64,000 nt of DNA from Sphaerisporangium sp. (lineage in GTDB: Bacteria > Actinomycetota > Actinomycetes > Streptosporangiales > Streptosporangiaceae). A program made the position numbers and the translations under genes. The stretch covers positions 53,029-117,028 of the forward strand of contig JAOPYI010000193.1 of the NCBI GenBank assembly GCA_025964675.1, in the 5' to 3' direction. Positions 1-12,969 of this stretch are shown here, one piece after another; position 1 is the first letter of the stretch; every line of letters begins with the position of its first letter. Under the pieces are notes generated by a model. That model was not told the origin of the DNA, did no database searches, and worked only from the letters and a program-made list of their open reading frames with translations.

Positions 1-160
1 GGGTGCACCCAGCCGGGGCCGTAAGCGCGGCGGTGGCCAGCGCCCGTCCCGCGAAAAGAGCTCGGAGATCCGGGCTTGGGCGAAGGCTCACGGGATCTCC
101 GTCAGCGAGCGCGGTCGTATTGCCTCCTCCGTGGTCGAGCAGTACGAAGCGGCACACTGA
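1..160 (+). CDS. lsr2: Lsr2 nucleoid-associated protein, C-terminal part (5' end outside window)
   Basis: Frame from nt 2 reads ...RGRKRGGGQRPSREKSSEIRAWAKAHGISVSERGRIASSVVEQYEAAH*; IRAWA...RGRI is the Lsr2 DNA-binding domain. Lies directly upstream of clpC, as in other actinobacteria. Confidence 0.93.
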   Translation, partial: GAPSRGRKRGGGQRPSREKSSEIRAWAKAHGISVSERGRIASSVVEQYEAAH

Positions 161-314
161 CGCCCCTTTGTGATCACCTGGCTATGGCGGCGACGGGCCC
201 ATCAATCGCCGCCATAGCCGCATGATCGTGTTATCCGAGCGTGATCGTCCCGGGCGCGGCCGGGGGGTTCACGGAAAGCGGCGAAGTTAAACGTCGTTCG
301 CTTGCGGCGTAGCG

Positions 315-342
315 GGAACATGTGACCCCCCAACAGTAGTTG
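315..342 (+). promoter_or_regulatory. Candidate SigR/SigH-type promoter for clpC
   Basis: GGAAC (315-319), 19 nt, GTTG (339-342), about 130 nt upstream of the clpC ATG; matches GGAAY-N18/19-GTT. Confidence 0.5.
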
Positions 343-471
343 GATGGAGCGTGAACGCCCTGCTCTCGGGGAACGTCTCCTGTATAGAGCGGTCACCGGT
401 CGGGGCTAGCATGCGGATGCGGCGGGCCCGGATATCCCGAGCTGCCTGACCGCTCTGTGAGGAGCGACGAG

Positions 472-3021
<2,550 letters not shown>

Positions 3022-3066
3022 GGGCACGCACCGGCCGTCCGCAAGGATCCGTGCCGGCAAGGTTCG

Positions 3067-3105
3067 GAAGGACCCCTCGTGAGAGCACCTCACGAGGGGT
3101 CCTTC
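3067..3105 (+). terminator. Intrinsic terminator after clpC
   Basis: Perfect 17-bp stem GAAGGACCCCTCGTGAG / CTCACGAGGGGTCCTTC, 5-nt loop, followed by GTATTTTG. Confidence 0.85.
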
Positions 3106-3421
3106 GTATTTTGTGAGATCACTTTCGCCGGATTCGCTATGCCACCACCGTAGGTAGTACTACACTCCGTAGAGCGAATCAGGCCAAGTCTCGACCAAGT
3201 GGTTCCACAAACTCCACTTAGTACGGTGAACATCATCGACGTCCTCCCGCCGGTGTAGCGGGGGATCCGCTGCAGGGTGGACGCGGGAGTCGGTGCGCAC
3301 CGGGCAGACTCGGGCGGGCCAGGCCGGATTCCCGGCAGGGAGGGGACCTCCTGCCTCATGTGACCGCCACTGGCCATGTGAAGTCATGAGGTTCGAAGCG
3401 GAGTACGCCTGGAGGGACCCA

Positions 3422-4366
3422 ATGCGCCTGTCTCATGAGGACGGCACGCTCGTCCACCTGTCCTACAACGCGGGCGTGCACCCCGCCGAGGACCTGGAGA
3501 ACCTCATCGCCCATCTGACGCGCTACGCCGTTCCCGTTCGCAAGCGGCTCGGCGTCGACCGGCTCGGCATCGGTCTCTGGCTGGCTCCCTCCGTCGCCGA
3601 CCACCTCACCGCCGACCGCATCGAGCTGGTAAGGCTGCGCCGCTCCCTGGAGGAGCGCGGCCTGGAGGTCGTCAGCCTGAACGGCGCGGGCGGCCGGGGA
3701 ATGGGGCAGGACAGCCCCGGCCCCGACTGGGCCAAGCCCGAGCGTTACCGCTACACGATGGCCCTGGCGAAGATCCTCGCCTTCCTGCTCCCCGAGGACG
3801 TCCGGTTCGGCAGCATCTCCACGATCCCCATCGGCTGGCGGCGTGACTGGCCGTCCGACCTGCACGCCATCGCGTCCCGGCGGCTCGACCGGCTCTCGCG
3901 CGAGCTGCGCGGCCTGCACAGCGTGACCGGCAAGACCATCAGGGTGGGCTTCCAGCCGTGGCCCGGCTGCGTGCTGGAGACCACCCAGCAGGCCGTGGAG
4001 CGCGTGTGCGGCATCGACTCGGAGTATCTCGGGGTCTGCCTGGACGCCTGCCACCTGACCTGCGGCGTCGAGGAGCCCGGTGCCGCCCTGCGCGGCGTGG
4101 CCGCCGCCGGGGCCTCCGTGGTCAAGCTGGGCCACGTGCACAACCACACCGGCGAGGTCCCGGGCACCGAGTCGATCCTGGAGAACACCCTGGCCGCGAT
4201 CATGTCGGGCCCCACGATCGGCGGCGCCCACATCGAGGTCGAGGCCCACGGCCTGGCGACTCCCGCCAAGGGCAAGGGCCCCGCCGCGCTCGTGGCCGCG
4301 CTCGCCGACGAGCTCGACTGGACCCGCCGCAATCTCACCGCCCTCGGCCTCAAACTTGCCGCCTGA
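3422..4366 (+). CDS. EboE-like TIM-barrel protein (xylose-isomerase-like fold), shortened and degenerate
   Basis: MRLSHEDGTLVHLSYNAGVHPAED, GIGLWL, PDW..PER, GSISTIP, PGCVLET, GVCLDACH and HIEVE resemble actinobacterial EboE. Confidence 0.75.
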   Translation: MRLSHEDGTLVHLSYNAGVHPAEDLENLIAHLTRYAVPVRKRLGVDRLGIGLWLAPSVADHLTADRIELVRLRRSLEERGLEVVSLNGAGGRGMGQDSPGPDWAKPERYRYTMALAKILAFLLPEDVRFGSISTIPIGWRRDWPSDLHAIASRRLDRLSRELRGLHSVTGKTIRVGFQPWPGCVLETTQQAVERVCGIDSEYLGVCLDACHLTCGVEEPGAALRGVAAAGASVVKLGHVHNHTGEVPGTESILENTLAAIMSGPTIGGAHIEVEAHGLATPAKGKGPAALVAALADELDWTRRNLTALGLKLAA

Positions 4367-4398
4367 GCCGCCCCACCACGGGCGGGGCAGGTAATAGG

Positions 4399-5265
4399 TC
4401 AGACCGGGAGCCGGTAGGTGCCCTCGTCCAGCGCTTCGGCGAGGCCGTCGGCGACCAGGCCGTCGAGTGCCCGCTCCCGCTGGATCGGATCGGCCCAGAC
4501 GGCGTCGAGCGCGGCCTTGGGAACCGCGCCGTGGGCCTCCCTGAGCACCGCGAGCAGCCGCCCCCTGCACTGCCGGTCAGTGCCCGCGTACGTCTGCCCG
4601 CGCCGCTCCGGGCCGTCGTAGGCAGGCCGGCCCGCCAGGCGCCACGCGCACGAGGATGCCACGGGGCAGTCGGCGCAGCGGGGCGTGCGAGCCGTGCAGA
4701 CGAGCGCCCCGAGCTCCATGACGGCGACCGCCCATCGGGGGGCGTCCAGGGCGGGGAGCAGCGACTCGGCGAGCCGTCGCTCGGCCGTCGTGGTGGCCTT
4801 CGGCGGGTACTCCTCGCCACGCACGGCGCGGGCCAGCACCCGCCGGACGTTGGTGTCCAGCACGGCGTGGCTGCGGCCGTACGCGAAGCTCGCGACCGCC
4901 GCCGCTGTGTAGTCGCCGATGCCCGGAAGCTTCCGCAGCTGGTCGTAGGACGACGGCACCTGACCGGCGTGCTCGGTGGTGACGGCTCTGGCGCACGCGT
5001 GCAGGTTGAGGGCACGTCGAGGGTATCCGAGGCGTCCCCAGTGGCGTACGGCCTCGCCGGGGGGCTCGGCCGCGAGTGCCTCGGGTGTCGGCCAGCGATC
5101 CATCCACTCCGTCCAGACCGGCAGGACGCGGACCACGGGGGTCTGCTGCAGCATGATCTCGCTGACCAGGATCGCCCAGGGTCCTGTGCCGGGCCGCCGC
5201 CAAGGAAGATCTCTGGCCTTCTCGGCGTACCAGTCGAGGATGGGGGCATGAAGTCCGGTTCCCAC
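4399..5265 (-). CDS. mutY: A/G-specific adenine glycosylase MutY
   Basis: WAILVSEIMLQQTPV, WGRLGYPRRA, HhH motif LPGIGDYTA, VLDTNVRRV, FeS loop CTARTPRCADCPVASSC. Start estimated at GTG 5265. Confidence 0.95.
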   Translation of the reverse strand: MGTGLHAPILDWYAEKARDLPWRRPGTGPWAILVSEIMLQQTPVVRVLPVWTEWMDRWPTPEALAAEPPGEAVRHWGRLGYPRRALNLHACARAVTTEHAGQVPSSYDQLRKLPGIGDYTAAAVASFAYGRSHAVLDTNVRRVLARAVRGEEYPPKATTTAERRLAESLLPALDAPRWAVAVMELGALVCTARTPRCADCPVASSCAWRLAGRPAYDGPERRGQTYAGTDRQCRGRLLAVLREAHGAVPKAALDAVWADPIQRERALDGLVADGLAEALDEGTYRLPV

Positions 5266-5312
5266 GACGTCGAGCCTAGATCCTGTCCGCCGCCTGTTCC
5301 GCCCACTCGCGC

Positions 5313-5339
5313 CACCTTCCCGCCGAAGGCGGGAAGGTG
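5313..5339 (-). terminator. Hairpin downstream of the ABC permease
   Basis: CACCTTCCCGCC-GAA-GGCGGGAAGGTG, perfect 12-bp stem. Confidence 0.65.
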
Positions 5340-5356
5340 AGGCGCTCGTCCGGCGG

Positions 5357-7996
5357 TCACAGGTCCCGCAGGACGGTGAGGGGAGGCCGCTTGGCCGTCT
5401 GTACGGCGGCCGCGCCGGCCAGCAGGAGGGCGAGGAGCCCGACAGCGGCGAGAACGCCCAGGTAGGCCCACGGGACGCTGAGTGCGCTGGGCGGTGGGTC
5501 GAAGACACCGGTCAGCACCGAGACGAGCATCTGGGAGAGCGCCCACCCGGCCAGCGTGCCGAAGATCGCCGTACCGAGCCCCACCACCATCACCTCGGTC
5601 CACACGAAGGCCCCGAGCTGGCGTGGCCGGGCGCCGAGCACGCTCGCCAGGGCGAACGTCCGGCGCCGCTCGGTGAACCCGAGGATCAGCAGCAGTCCCG
5701 TCGCGGCCACGGCCAGCGCCACGGCGAAGGTCAGCTCGATCCTCGTGAGCCCGCCGAGGTCGACGGCGGTGAGGCTGGTGCCGATGACCCGGCGGGTGGT
5801 GTCGAGGTCGGTGATCTGGGGCTGCGCGCCCAGCTGCGCCCGCAGCCGGTCCGCTACCGCCCGGGAGGCGGTCCCGTCGGTGGAGACGAGGAACGCGCCG
5901 ACGGTGTCGGAGCCGGTCTGCTGGGCGACGTAGGCCGCGTTGGCCACGAGGAAGCTGTCCCTCGGCGCCGTGGGGAACTCCCCCACGATGCCCGCGTAGT
6001 GGAAGGCCACCGTGTGGAACTGTTTCGTACGGCCGTCCTGGAGACGCAGGCGGAGCAGGTCCCCCGGGCGGAGCTGGAAGTCGTGCACGGTCTCCTGGCT
6101 GACCAGGATCGCGTCCGGCTGATGGGCGAGCCGGTCCACGATGGCCCGCGCCGTGCCACCGGTGAAGTAGGCGTCCTGGAGGCGTGTCGTGCCGAGCAGG
6201 GTGGACGGCCGCACGCCGTACAGATCCTGCAGGTCGGAGCCGACGTACGCGAACCGGTGCTGGAGCGGCTCCACCGCCTTGACGCCGGGCACGGCGGCGA
6301 TCGACCGCTCCTGCGACGGCGGCACGTACGTGCCCGGGGACTCGGTCACGGTGACGTCGGCGCCGTTGGTGAGCTGCGCGTCGGCAAGGCCCTGCTGCTC
6401 GTATGTCGAGTTGAAGGTGGCGGTGGAGATGGCGAACGCGAGGGCCAGCGCGGCGATCGCCACCGCCCGGCTGACCAGGCGCCGCTGCCGGGACAGGGTG
6501 GCGGCCACGGTGGAGGCCATCCCGGTCGCCAGCGGCTGGGCCATCCGCCTGACCAGCGGACGCCCGGGGCCGAGGAACAGCCAGATGATCCGCCAGATGA
6601 GCAGGCCCGCCCCCGCCCACAACAGCGCGGGTCCGGCGAAGGCCCAGTAGTTCACCGAGATCTGCGGGACGCCCTCGGGGACCAGGACCAGCTGGTAGCC
6701 GTTCTGGCTGGAGATCCAGAACACCGTGATCGACCCGGCGATCAGCCACACGTCCAGCCCGTAGCGCATCCACCACGGAGACTTGGTCGCGCCGATGGCG
6801 CGGCGCGCGGAGACGACGCTGAGCCGGCGCGAGTCGCGTACGGCCGGCAGGAGGATCGTGGCGATCGCGATGAGTAGCCCGGCGACGGCTGCCGTGACAC
6901 CCCAGCCCGCCGCCGTCGCCGCAGTCGCGCCGAAGCGGGCCGACCCGAAGGCGAGCCAGCCGGTGAGCGCGGCGAGCGCCAGCCCGGCGAGCGCGCCCGC
7001 GACCCCGACCACGAGTGCCTCCGCCAGGGCCAGCCTGATCAGGACCCCGGTGCTCGCCCCCCGGGCGCGCAGCAGCGCCTGCTCGGAGCGGCGCCTGCTC
7101 GCCCCCGACTCGGCGATGGACGAGGTGAGCAGCGCCGCGAGGGCGGCTCCCGGCAGTCCCAGGAACAGGAAGAGGATCTGGGCGTAGAGCGAGTCTCCCC
7201 GGGCGGCGTCGAGGGCCGCGCCGAGGTTGTTGCCGACCAGCGCCGCCCCGGAGAGCCGTGCCTCGAAGTTGCGGGCCGCCCCGGTGACCTGCTCGAAGGC
7301 AGCCGCCGGGTCGGGAGGGAGCTGGTGCTGGAACCGCACGTGGAACTGCAGGCGCGCGGCTTGGCCGCCGTACAGCTTCTTCCACTGGTCTGTGGGCATC
7401 AGGAGCAGGTTGTCCGGCGGGGCCTGCGGCTGCGCGCCGGGCGGGGCGCCCACCTTCTGGAATAGCGAGTCCGCCTCGGGAAGGTCGGCCACGCCCGCCA
7501 CCAGCACGGAGGCGTCCGGCAGCCCCGCACGGTGCAGGATGATCGTGTCACCGGGCCCGGCGTGCAGGTTCGCCGCCGTCTGCTGGGCGATGAGCACGCC
7601 CTGCGAGGTGCCGGTCAGGAACCTCAGCTCGCCGGGGAAGGCCGTGGCGTAGTCGGCGGGGATGCCGAGCACCTGCCCGGGACCCGTGGTGAGCACCTGG
7701 CCGCCCGTGCTGGACTCGAAGCCCGTCACGGTGCCGAAGTCGACCTCACGGGACATGGCGAGCCGGGGAACGCGCTGTATGGCCTGCGCCACCTGGGCCG
7801 GGTCGGCACCGTTCTGGACCTCCACCTGCCAGTCCACGGGGACCCGCTGCACCGAGCGGTCGGTCATGGTCGACTTTGCCGCGGCGAGGAAGGCGCCGAG
7901 CGAGGCAAGCAGGGCGACCGCCACGGCGACGCCTCCGGCCGAGGCCGACAGCCGCCCAGAGCGGCGGGCCAGCAGGCCGCGCAACCAGATCATCAT
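5357..7996 (-). CDS. MacB/FtsX-like ABC transporter permease with duplicated architecture
   Basis: 879 aa with two TM clusters and two large extracytoplasmic domains; ALLRARGAS and ERRRTFALASVLGA FtsX-type motifs; start overlaps the ATPase stop. Confidence 0.88.
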   Translation of the reverse strand: MMIWLRGLLARRSGRLSASAGGVAVAVALLASLGAFLAAAKSTMTDRSVQRVPVDWQVEVQNGADPAQVAQAIQRVPRLAMSREVDFGTVTGFESSTGGQVLTTGPGQVLGIPADYATAFPGELRFLTGTSQGVLIAQQTAANLHAGPGDTIILHRAGLPDASVLVAGVADLPEADSLFQKVGAPPGAQPQAPPDNLLLMPTDQWKKLYGGQAARLQFHVRFQHQLPPDPAAAFEQVTGAARNFEARLSGAALVGNNLGAALDAARGDSLYAQILFLFLGLPGAALAALLTSSIAESGASRRRSEQALLRARGASTGVLIRLALAEALVVGVAGALAGLALAALTGWLAFGSARFGATAATAAGWGVTAAVAGLLIAIATILLPAVRDSRRLSVVSARRAIGATKSPWWMRYGLDVWLIAGSITVFWISSQNGYQLVLVPEGVPQISVNYWAFAGPALLWAGAGLLIWRIIWLFLGPGRPLVRRMAQPLATGMASTVAATLSRQRRLVSRAVAIAALALAFAISTATFNSTYEQQGLADAQLTNGADVTVTESPGTYVPPSQERSIAAVPGVKAVEPLQHRFAYVGSDLQDLYGVRPSTLLGTTRLQDAYFTGGTARAIVDRLAHQPDAILVSQETVHDFQLRPGDLLRLRLQDGRTKQFHTVAFHYAGIVGEFPTAPRDSFLVANAAYVAQQTGSDTVGAFLVSTDGTASRAVADRLRAQLGAQPQITDLDTTRRVIGTSLTAVDLGGLTRIELTFAVALAVAATGLLLILGFTERRRTFALASVLGARPRQLGAFVWTEVMVVGLGTAIFGTLAGWALSQMLVSVLTGVFDPPPSALSVPWAYLGVLAAVGLLALLLAGAAAVQTAKRPPLTVLRDL

Positions 7997-8649
7997 GTCT
8001 GACTCCGTACTACGCCGTCGCGCATATCCCAGCGCCGGGGGAACCGGTCGGCGATGGATCGGTCATGGGTGGCGACCACCAGCCCCGCGCCGAGATCGGA
8101 CGCGAGGCCGATGAGCAGGTCGATCACGTGGTCCGCCTGGACGGAGTCGAGCTGTCCCGTCGGCTCGTCGGCGATGATCAGGCGGGGTTTGGCGGCGAGG
8201 ACGCGGGCGAGGGCCACGCGCTGGGCCTGACCGCCTGACAGCTCCTCGGGGAGCCGGTCGGCGAGGTCGGCTATGCCTACCGCCTCCAGCGCCAGCAGTG
8301 CCTCGCTCCTGGCTTGGGCGTCGTCGCGTCCGGCTATCAGCAGCGGCAGGGCGACGTTCTCTGTGACGTCCAGCGGCGGGAGCAGGCTTGGGCCCTGGAA
8401 GACGATCCCGATCGTGGCCGCCCCCCGGTGGATCTTTCCGGTGGTCGGCCGGTCGAGCCCGGCGAGCAGGTGAAGCAGGGTGGTCTTTCCGGAGCCGGAC
8501 GATCCGGTGAGGGCGATCTGGTCGCCTTCACCGACCGTGCAGGTCACCCCGTGGACGGCCACGACGGCGTCCTGTCCCTGCCCGTAGGTGCGCGCCACGT
8601 CGACGCACCGCACGAGTTCGCCCACGCTCTCTATCAGTGGGGTGGTCAT
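7993..8649 (-). CDS. ABC transporter ATP-binding protein (LolD/MacB type)
   Basis: GSSGSGKTT, LSGGQAQRV, IIADEPTGQLD. Confidence 0.93.
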   Translation of the reverse strand: MTTPLIESVGELVRCVDVARTYGQGQDAVVAVHGVTCTVGEGDQIALTGSSGSGKTTLLHLLAGLDRPTTGKIHRGAATIGIVFQGPSLLPPLDVTENVALPLLIAGRDDAQARSEALLALEAVGIADLADRLPEELSGGQAQRVALARVLAAKPRLIIADEPTGQLDSVQADHVIDLLIGLASDLGAGLVVATHDRSIADRFPRRWDMRDGVVRSQT

Positions 8650-9338
8650 GTCGTCCGCCCGTCCTTGAGGGTGATCACTCGGTCGGCGAAGCGGCGTACG
8701 GCGGGGCTGTGGGAGGCCACGACGACTGCCATGTGCTCCGATGCCCGGTCGCGCAGCAGCTGCAGCACGGTCGCCTCGGTGACGCGGTCCAGCTCGCCGG
8801 TGGGCTCGTCCGCGAGCAGGACGGCCGGGCGGTTCGCCAGGGCCACGGCGAGGCCGGCCCGCGCGGCCTCGCCGCCGGACAGGGTGCTCGGCCTGGCCCC
8901 GGCCCGCGAGGTCAGGCCCACCAGCGCGAGAATGTGATCACGCCAGCGGGTGTCGGCGTGCCTCGCCAGCCGCTGGGCCATGTCGACGTTCTGCCGCACG
9001 GTGAGGTGCTCGATGAGGTTGTTCGACTGGAACAGGACGCCGACCAGGCGGGCGCGCAGCGCCGCCCGTTCCGGCTCGGGCCGGTGGCTGATGCGGTCGC
9101 CGGCCACGCGGACGGCCCCGCCGTCCGGCTCGTCCAGCCCGGCCAGGCAGGCGAGTAGCGTCGACTTGCCGGACCCGGACGGCCCAGTGACCGCGACGAC
9201 CTCGCCGGCCGACACCTCTAGGGACACTCCGCGCAGGGCGCGGACCTCCTCATCTCCCGAGCGGTGAAACCGGTAGAGCTCCTCGGCCCGCAGGATCGCG
9301 CCTGTCTGTGATGTCACGCTTACCGCCATGTGCGTCAC
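8646..9338 (-). CDS. ABC transporter ATP-binding protein (LolD/MacB type)
   Basis: [29 protein letters not shown]; exact start uncertain. Confidence 0.93.
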   Translation of the reverse strand: MTHMAVSVTSQTGAILRAEELYRFHRSGDEEVRALRGVSLEVSAGEVVAVTGPSGSGKSTLLACLAGLDEPDGGAVRVAGDRISHRPEPERAALRARLVGVLFQSNNLIEHLTVRQNVDMAQRLARHADTRWRDHILALVGLTSRAGARPSTLSGGEAARAGLAVALANRPAVLLADEPTGELDRVTEATVLQLLRDRASEHMAVVVASHSPAVRRFADRVITLKDGRTT

Positions 9339-9365
9339 CGTAGAGAGGGGGTCGTGAGTGTCGGC

Positions 9366-10664
9366 TCAATCCCTGGTTATCGTGACCCTTACCTTTTTTC
9401 CGCGCCCTCCCCCTGGTCCCGCTCCCGCCAGCAGGTTCATCCGGTCCAGCAGCATGACCGCGAGCGCGCAGCACGCGCCCACGAGCGCCAGACCCGCCCA
9501 TGGGAGCCACGTCAGCCCCGCGCGGGCCGCGGCGTCCCAGATCGTGCCGGTCACCAGGCTGCCGACCGTGATCGCGACGCCGGAGACCGTGGCGTACAGG
9601 CCGTAGTGCGTGGCGACGAGGTGGCCGCCCGAGAGCCGGACTATCACATCCATCTCGAAGGGGCAGATGAGCATGCTGCCCAGCGCCAGCAGCGCGGCGG
9701 CGGCCAGCATCGGCAGGATGGCGACGTGCTCGGCGAGCTCCTCGGACGCCATGATGGGCGGCGTGGGAGCGGAGATCACCACCAGCGGCGCGAATGCCAG
9801 GGCCATGACGACCAGACCCCGCACCATCGACTGCACCGCCGACCACCGGCGCCGCGCCCAGGTGGCGACCCGGCTCTGGAACAAGATCACCAGCACCGCC
9901 GACATGGCGAACATCTCTCCCATGCCGATGTTCTGTTCGGGCCCGAGGGCATGCCCCATCACGAGGGGAAGCGCGAGGTACACCTGGAACGACAGGATGT
10001 ACGACCCGGCCATCGCCACCGAGAAGCAGATGAACGGCTTGTCGCGCAGCAGGGGACCCCAGCCGCGGAGGGCCTCCACGGCCGCGTCCGCCGTGCGGGG
10101 CAGGGCCACCGCCTGCAGGACGGTGAGCACCGCGAAGACCCCCGCCGCCGTCATGGCCACCGCGGGGAAGTTCAGGCCGGACAGGGCGAGGCCGAGGAGT
10201 GGGCCGATCAGCAGGCCCGCCTGCCCGGCGACGTTGAATAGCGCGAAAGCCTCGACCCGTCGCTCCCCGGCGGCGTTCGAGAGCAGCACGCGTACCCCCG
10301 GGTCGAACAGCGCTCCAGCGAAACCGGTCGCCGCTGCCGCCACCACGAGGGCGGGCAGGTCGGTGGCGAAGCCGAGCAGGGCGAAGCCCCCCGTGCGCAG
10401 GGCGCACCCGGCCACCACGGCGGTACGGCAGCCCAGGCGGTCGGTGAGGTAGCCGCCGACCAGGCACATGCCCCGCTGGCTGACGTTGCGAACCCCGAGG
10501 ACCAGACCGAGCGCCCAGGCCGCCATGCCAAGGCCCTGACTGAGGTGCCCGGCCAGGTACGGTATGAGCAGGTTAAAGCCCATTTTGATGGTGAATTGGT
10601 TGACCAACATGAGGCGAACACGACCGTCGAAGGTCCGCCACTGCCTCCATATATTGTCACTCAT
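9366..10664 (-). CDS. MFS transporter
   Basis: About 12 hydrophobic segments; motif A-like GGYLTDRLGCR; ATG at 10664 (MSDNIWRQWRTFD). Confidence 0.88.
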   Translation of the reverse strand: MSDNIWRQWRTFDGRVRLMLVNQFTIKMGFNLLIPYLAGHLSQGLGMAAWALGLVLGVRNVSQRGMCLVGGYLTDRLGCRTAVVAGCALRTGGFALLGFATDLPALVVAAAATGFAGALFDPGVRVLLSNAAGERRVEAFALFNVAGQAGLLIGPLLGLALSGLNFPAVAMTAAGVFAVLTVLQAVALPRTADAAVEALRGWGPLLRDKPFICFSVAMAGSYILSFQVYLALPLVMGHALGPEQNIGMGEMFAMSAVLVILFQSRVATWARRRWSAVQSMVRGLVVMALAFAPLVVISAPTPPIMASEELAEHVAILPMLAAAALLALGSMLICPFEMDVIVRLSGGHLVATHYGLYATVSGVAITVGSLVTGTIWDAAARAGLTWLPWAGLALVGACCALAVMLLDRMNLLAGAGPGGGRGKKVRVTITRD

Positions 10665-10793
10665 AGTGATGACAACATTACGAAGGGTGAGTGAGTGGTG
10701 ACGCAGCGGCGGGTTAGCGGCACGCTTACCCGGGCTCTGCGAGCCTGGCCCGATGAAGCCCGCCGCGTCCCCCCGCCCTCCAGGCGTGGGCCG

Positions 10794-12110
10794 ATGAGGA
10801 GTGCCGCGCGTGAGCCTCACGGCACCTCACTGCGCCGCAGGGTCCTCGTCGCGATCGTGGGCATCGCCGCGCTCGCCGTGGCGCTGTTCGCGGTCCCGCT
10901 CGCGCTGTCCGTCGAGCGGCTCTACCACGACGAGACCGCCGGGGCCCTGAGCCGCGACGCCGCCTGGATCGCCGCCGCCATCCCCGACGACGTGATGAAG
11001 AAGGGCCCGGCGTCGGTGTCCCTGCCCAAGGGGGTGCCCTCGGGCCTGCGCGTCGGCGTCTACACCACCGACGGCGCGCTGCTGTTCGGCGACGGACCGA
11101 AGCGATCGGACCTCGCCGTCCACTCCCGCGACGGTCACGTACACGAGGCCGTCGAGAACGGTTTCCTGGCGGTCTCCGCGCCGATCCCCTCCGACGAGTC
11201 GCGCAAGGGTCTGGTGCGGGTGGCCACGCCGTACGACGAGGTCTCCGACCGGGTGCACGATGCATGGCTGCTCATGGCCGGCCTCTCGGTGGTCGTCGTC
11301 AGCCTGGCGGTCGGGCTCGCTCTGCGCCAGAGCAGCCGTCTCGCCGCGCCGCTCGAGCATCTGACGCGGGCGGCCCTGAGCCTCGGCGCGGGTGACTTCT
11401 CGATCCGCGCCCCCCGTTCGGACGTACGCGAGGCCGACGTCGCCGGGCTCGCCCTGGAGTCGACCGCCCGCAGGCTCGGCGAGGTGCTCGAACGCGAGCG
11501 GGCCTTCAGCGCCGACGTCTCCCACCAGCTCCGCACCCGCCTCACCGGCATGCTGCTCGGTCTTGAGTCCGCGCTCGCCCGCCCGGACGCGCACCGCGAA
11601 GACGCGATCCGTACGGCGCTCGCCCGAGGCGAGCAACTCCGCACGGTCATCGAAGATCTCGTACGGCTCTCGCGGGAGAGCGGGGACCAGAGCCTGTGCC
11701 TGGACGTGCGCACGTTCCTCGACGAGCTCCGCGGCGAGTGGTACGGAGGTCTGGCCGCGCAGGGACGTTTCCTGAGCCTCAACCTGCCCGACCAGCTTCC
11801 CTCCGTCGCCGCGTCACCGGCGGCGCTCCGGCAGATCCTCCAGGTGCTTCTGGACAACGCCGTCGCGCACGGAAAGGGAGAGATCACTGTGGACGTGGCC
11901 GACCTCGGCGACGGGATCGCGATCGAGGTGGCCGACCAGGGCGTGGGCATCCCCGAGGGGCTCGACGTGTTCACGCGCCGCTCCGGGAACGAGGAGGGAC
12001 ACGGGATCGGCCTGGCGCTTGCCCGGTCGCTCGCCGAGGCGGAAGGCGGCCGCCTCATCCTCCGCCGCCCCTCGCCCCCGGTCTTCAGCCTCCTGCTCCC
12101 GACCGCCTGA
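10794..12110 (+). CDS. HAMP-domain sensor histidine kinase
   Basis: Two TM segments, HAMP, H-box FSADVSHQLRT, N-box LLDNAVAHG, G-boxes DQGVGI and GIGLALA; start estimated. Confidence 0.92.
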   Translation: MRSAAREPHGTSLRRRVLVAIVGIAALAVALFAVPLALSVERLYHDETAGALSRDAAWIAAAIPDDVMKKGPASVSLPKGVPSGLRVGVYTTDGALLFGDGPKRSDLAVHSRDGHVHEAVENGFLAVSAPIPSDESRKGLVRVATPYDEVSDRVHDAWLLMAGLSVVVVSLAVGLALRQSSRLAAPLEHLTRAALSLGAGDFSIRAPRSDVREADVAGLALESTARRLGEVLERERAFSADVSHQLRTRLTGMLLGLESALARPDAHREDAIRTALARGEQLRTVIEDLVRLSRESGDQSLCLDVRTFLDELRGEWYGGLAAQGRFLSLNLPDQLPSVAASPAALRQILQVLLDNAVAHGKGEITVDVADLGDGIAIEVADQGVGIPEGLDVFTRRSGNEEGHGIGLALARSLAEAEGGRLILRRPSPPVFSLLLPTA

Positions 12111-12114
12111 CCCG

Positions 12115-12798
<684 letters not shown>

Positions 12799-12969
12799 GC
12801 CTCGATGGTAGGCGAGCCGCCCTGCCCGCGTGACGGGCCGCGAGTTGTACGAGGCTCGGGTTACGCATAAATGTCGAGGGGTCTGTCCGGATCTGTCGGA
12901 TCTCGTTGACCAGCACGTTCTCCGCGATCGGCGGGTCGACACTCTGGGGGGGCCACAACTCTCCATACT

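Noticed and set aside
3160-3387. 75-aa minus-strand ORF after clpC
   Set aside because: No convincing RBS or codon bias; it competes with the better-supported 3090-3236 frame.
5266-5300. Partial similarity (GTCGAG...CTGTCCG) between the two flanks of the ABC/TCS insert (about 5270 and 12870)
   Set aside because: Too short and gapped to call an attachment site or target duplication in high-GC DNA.
4350-7385. 1011-aa Arg/Gly/Pro-rich minus-strand ORF
   Set aside because: Off-frame reading of mutY and the permease; typical high-GC artefact.
10656-10670. BldD-like GTCACTCATAGTGAT
   Set aside because: Overlaps the MFS start codon and has a core mismatch; may be chance or another regulator's site.
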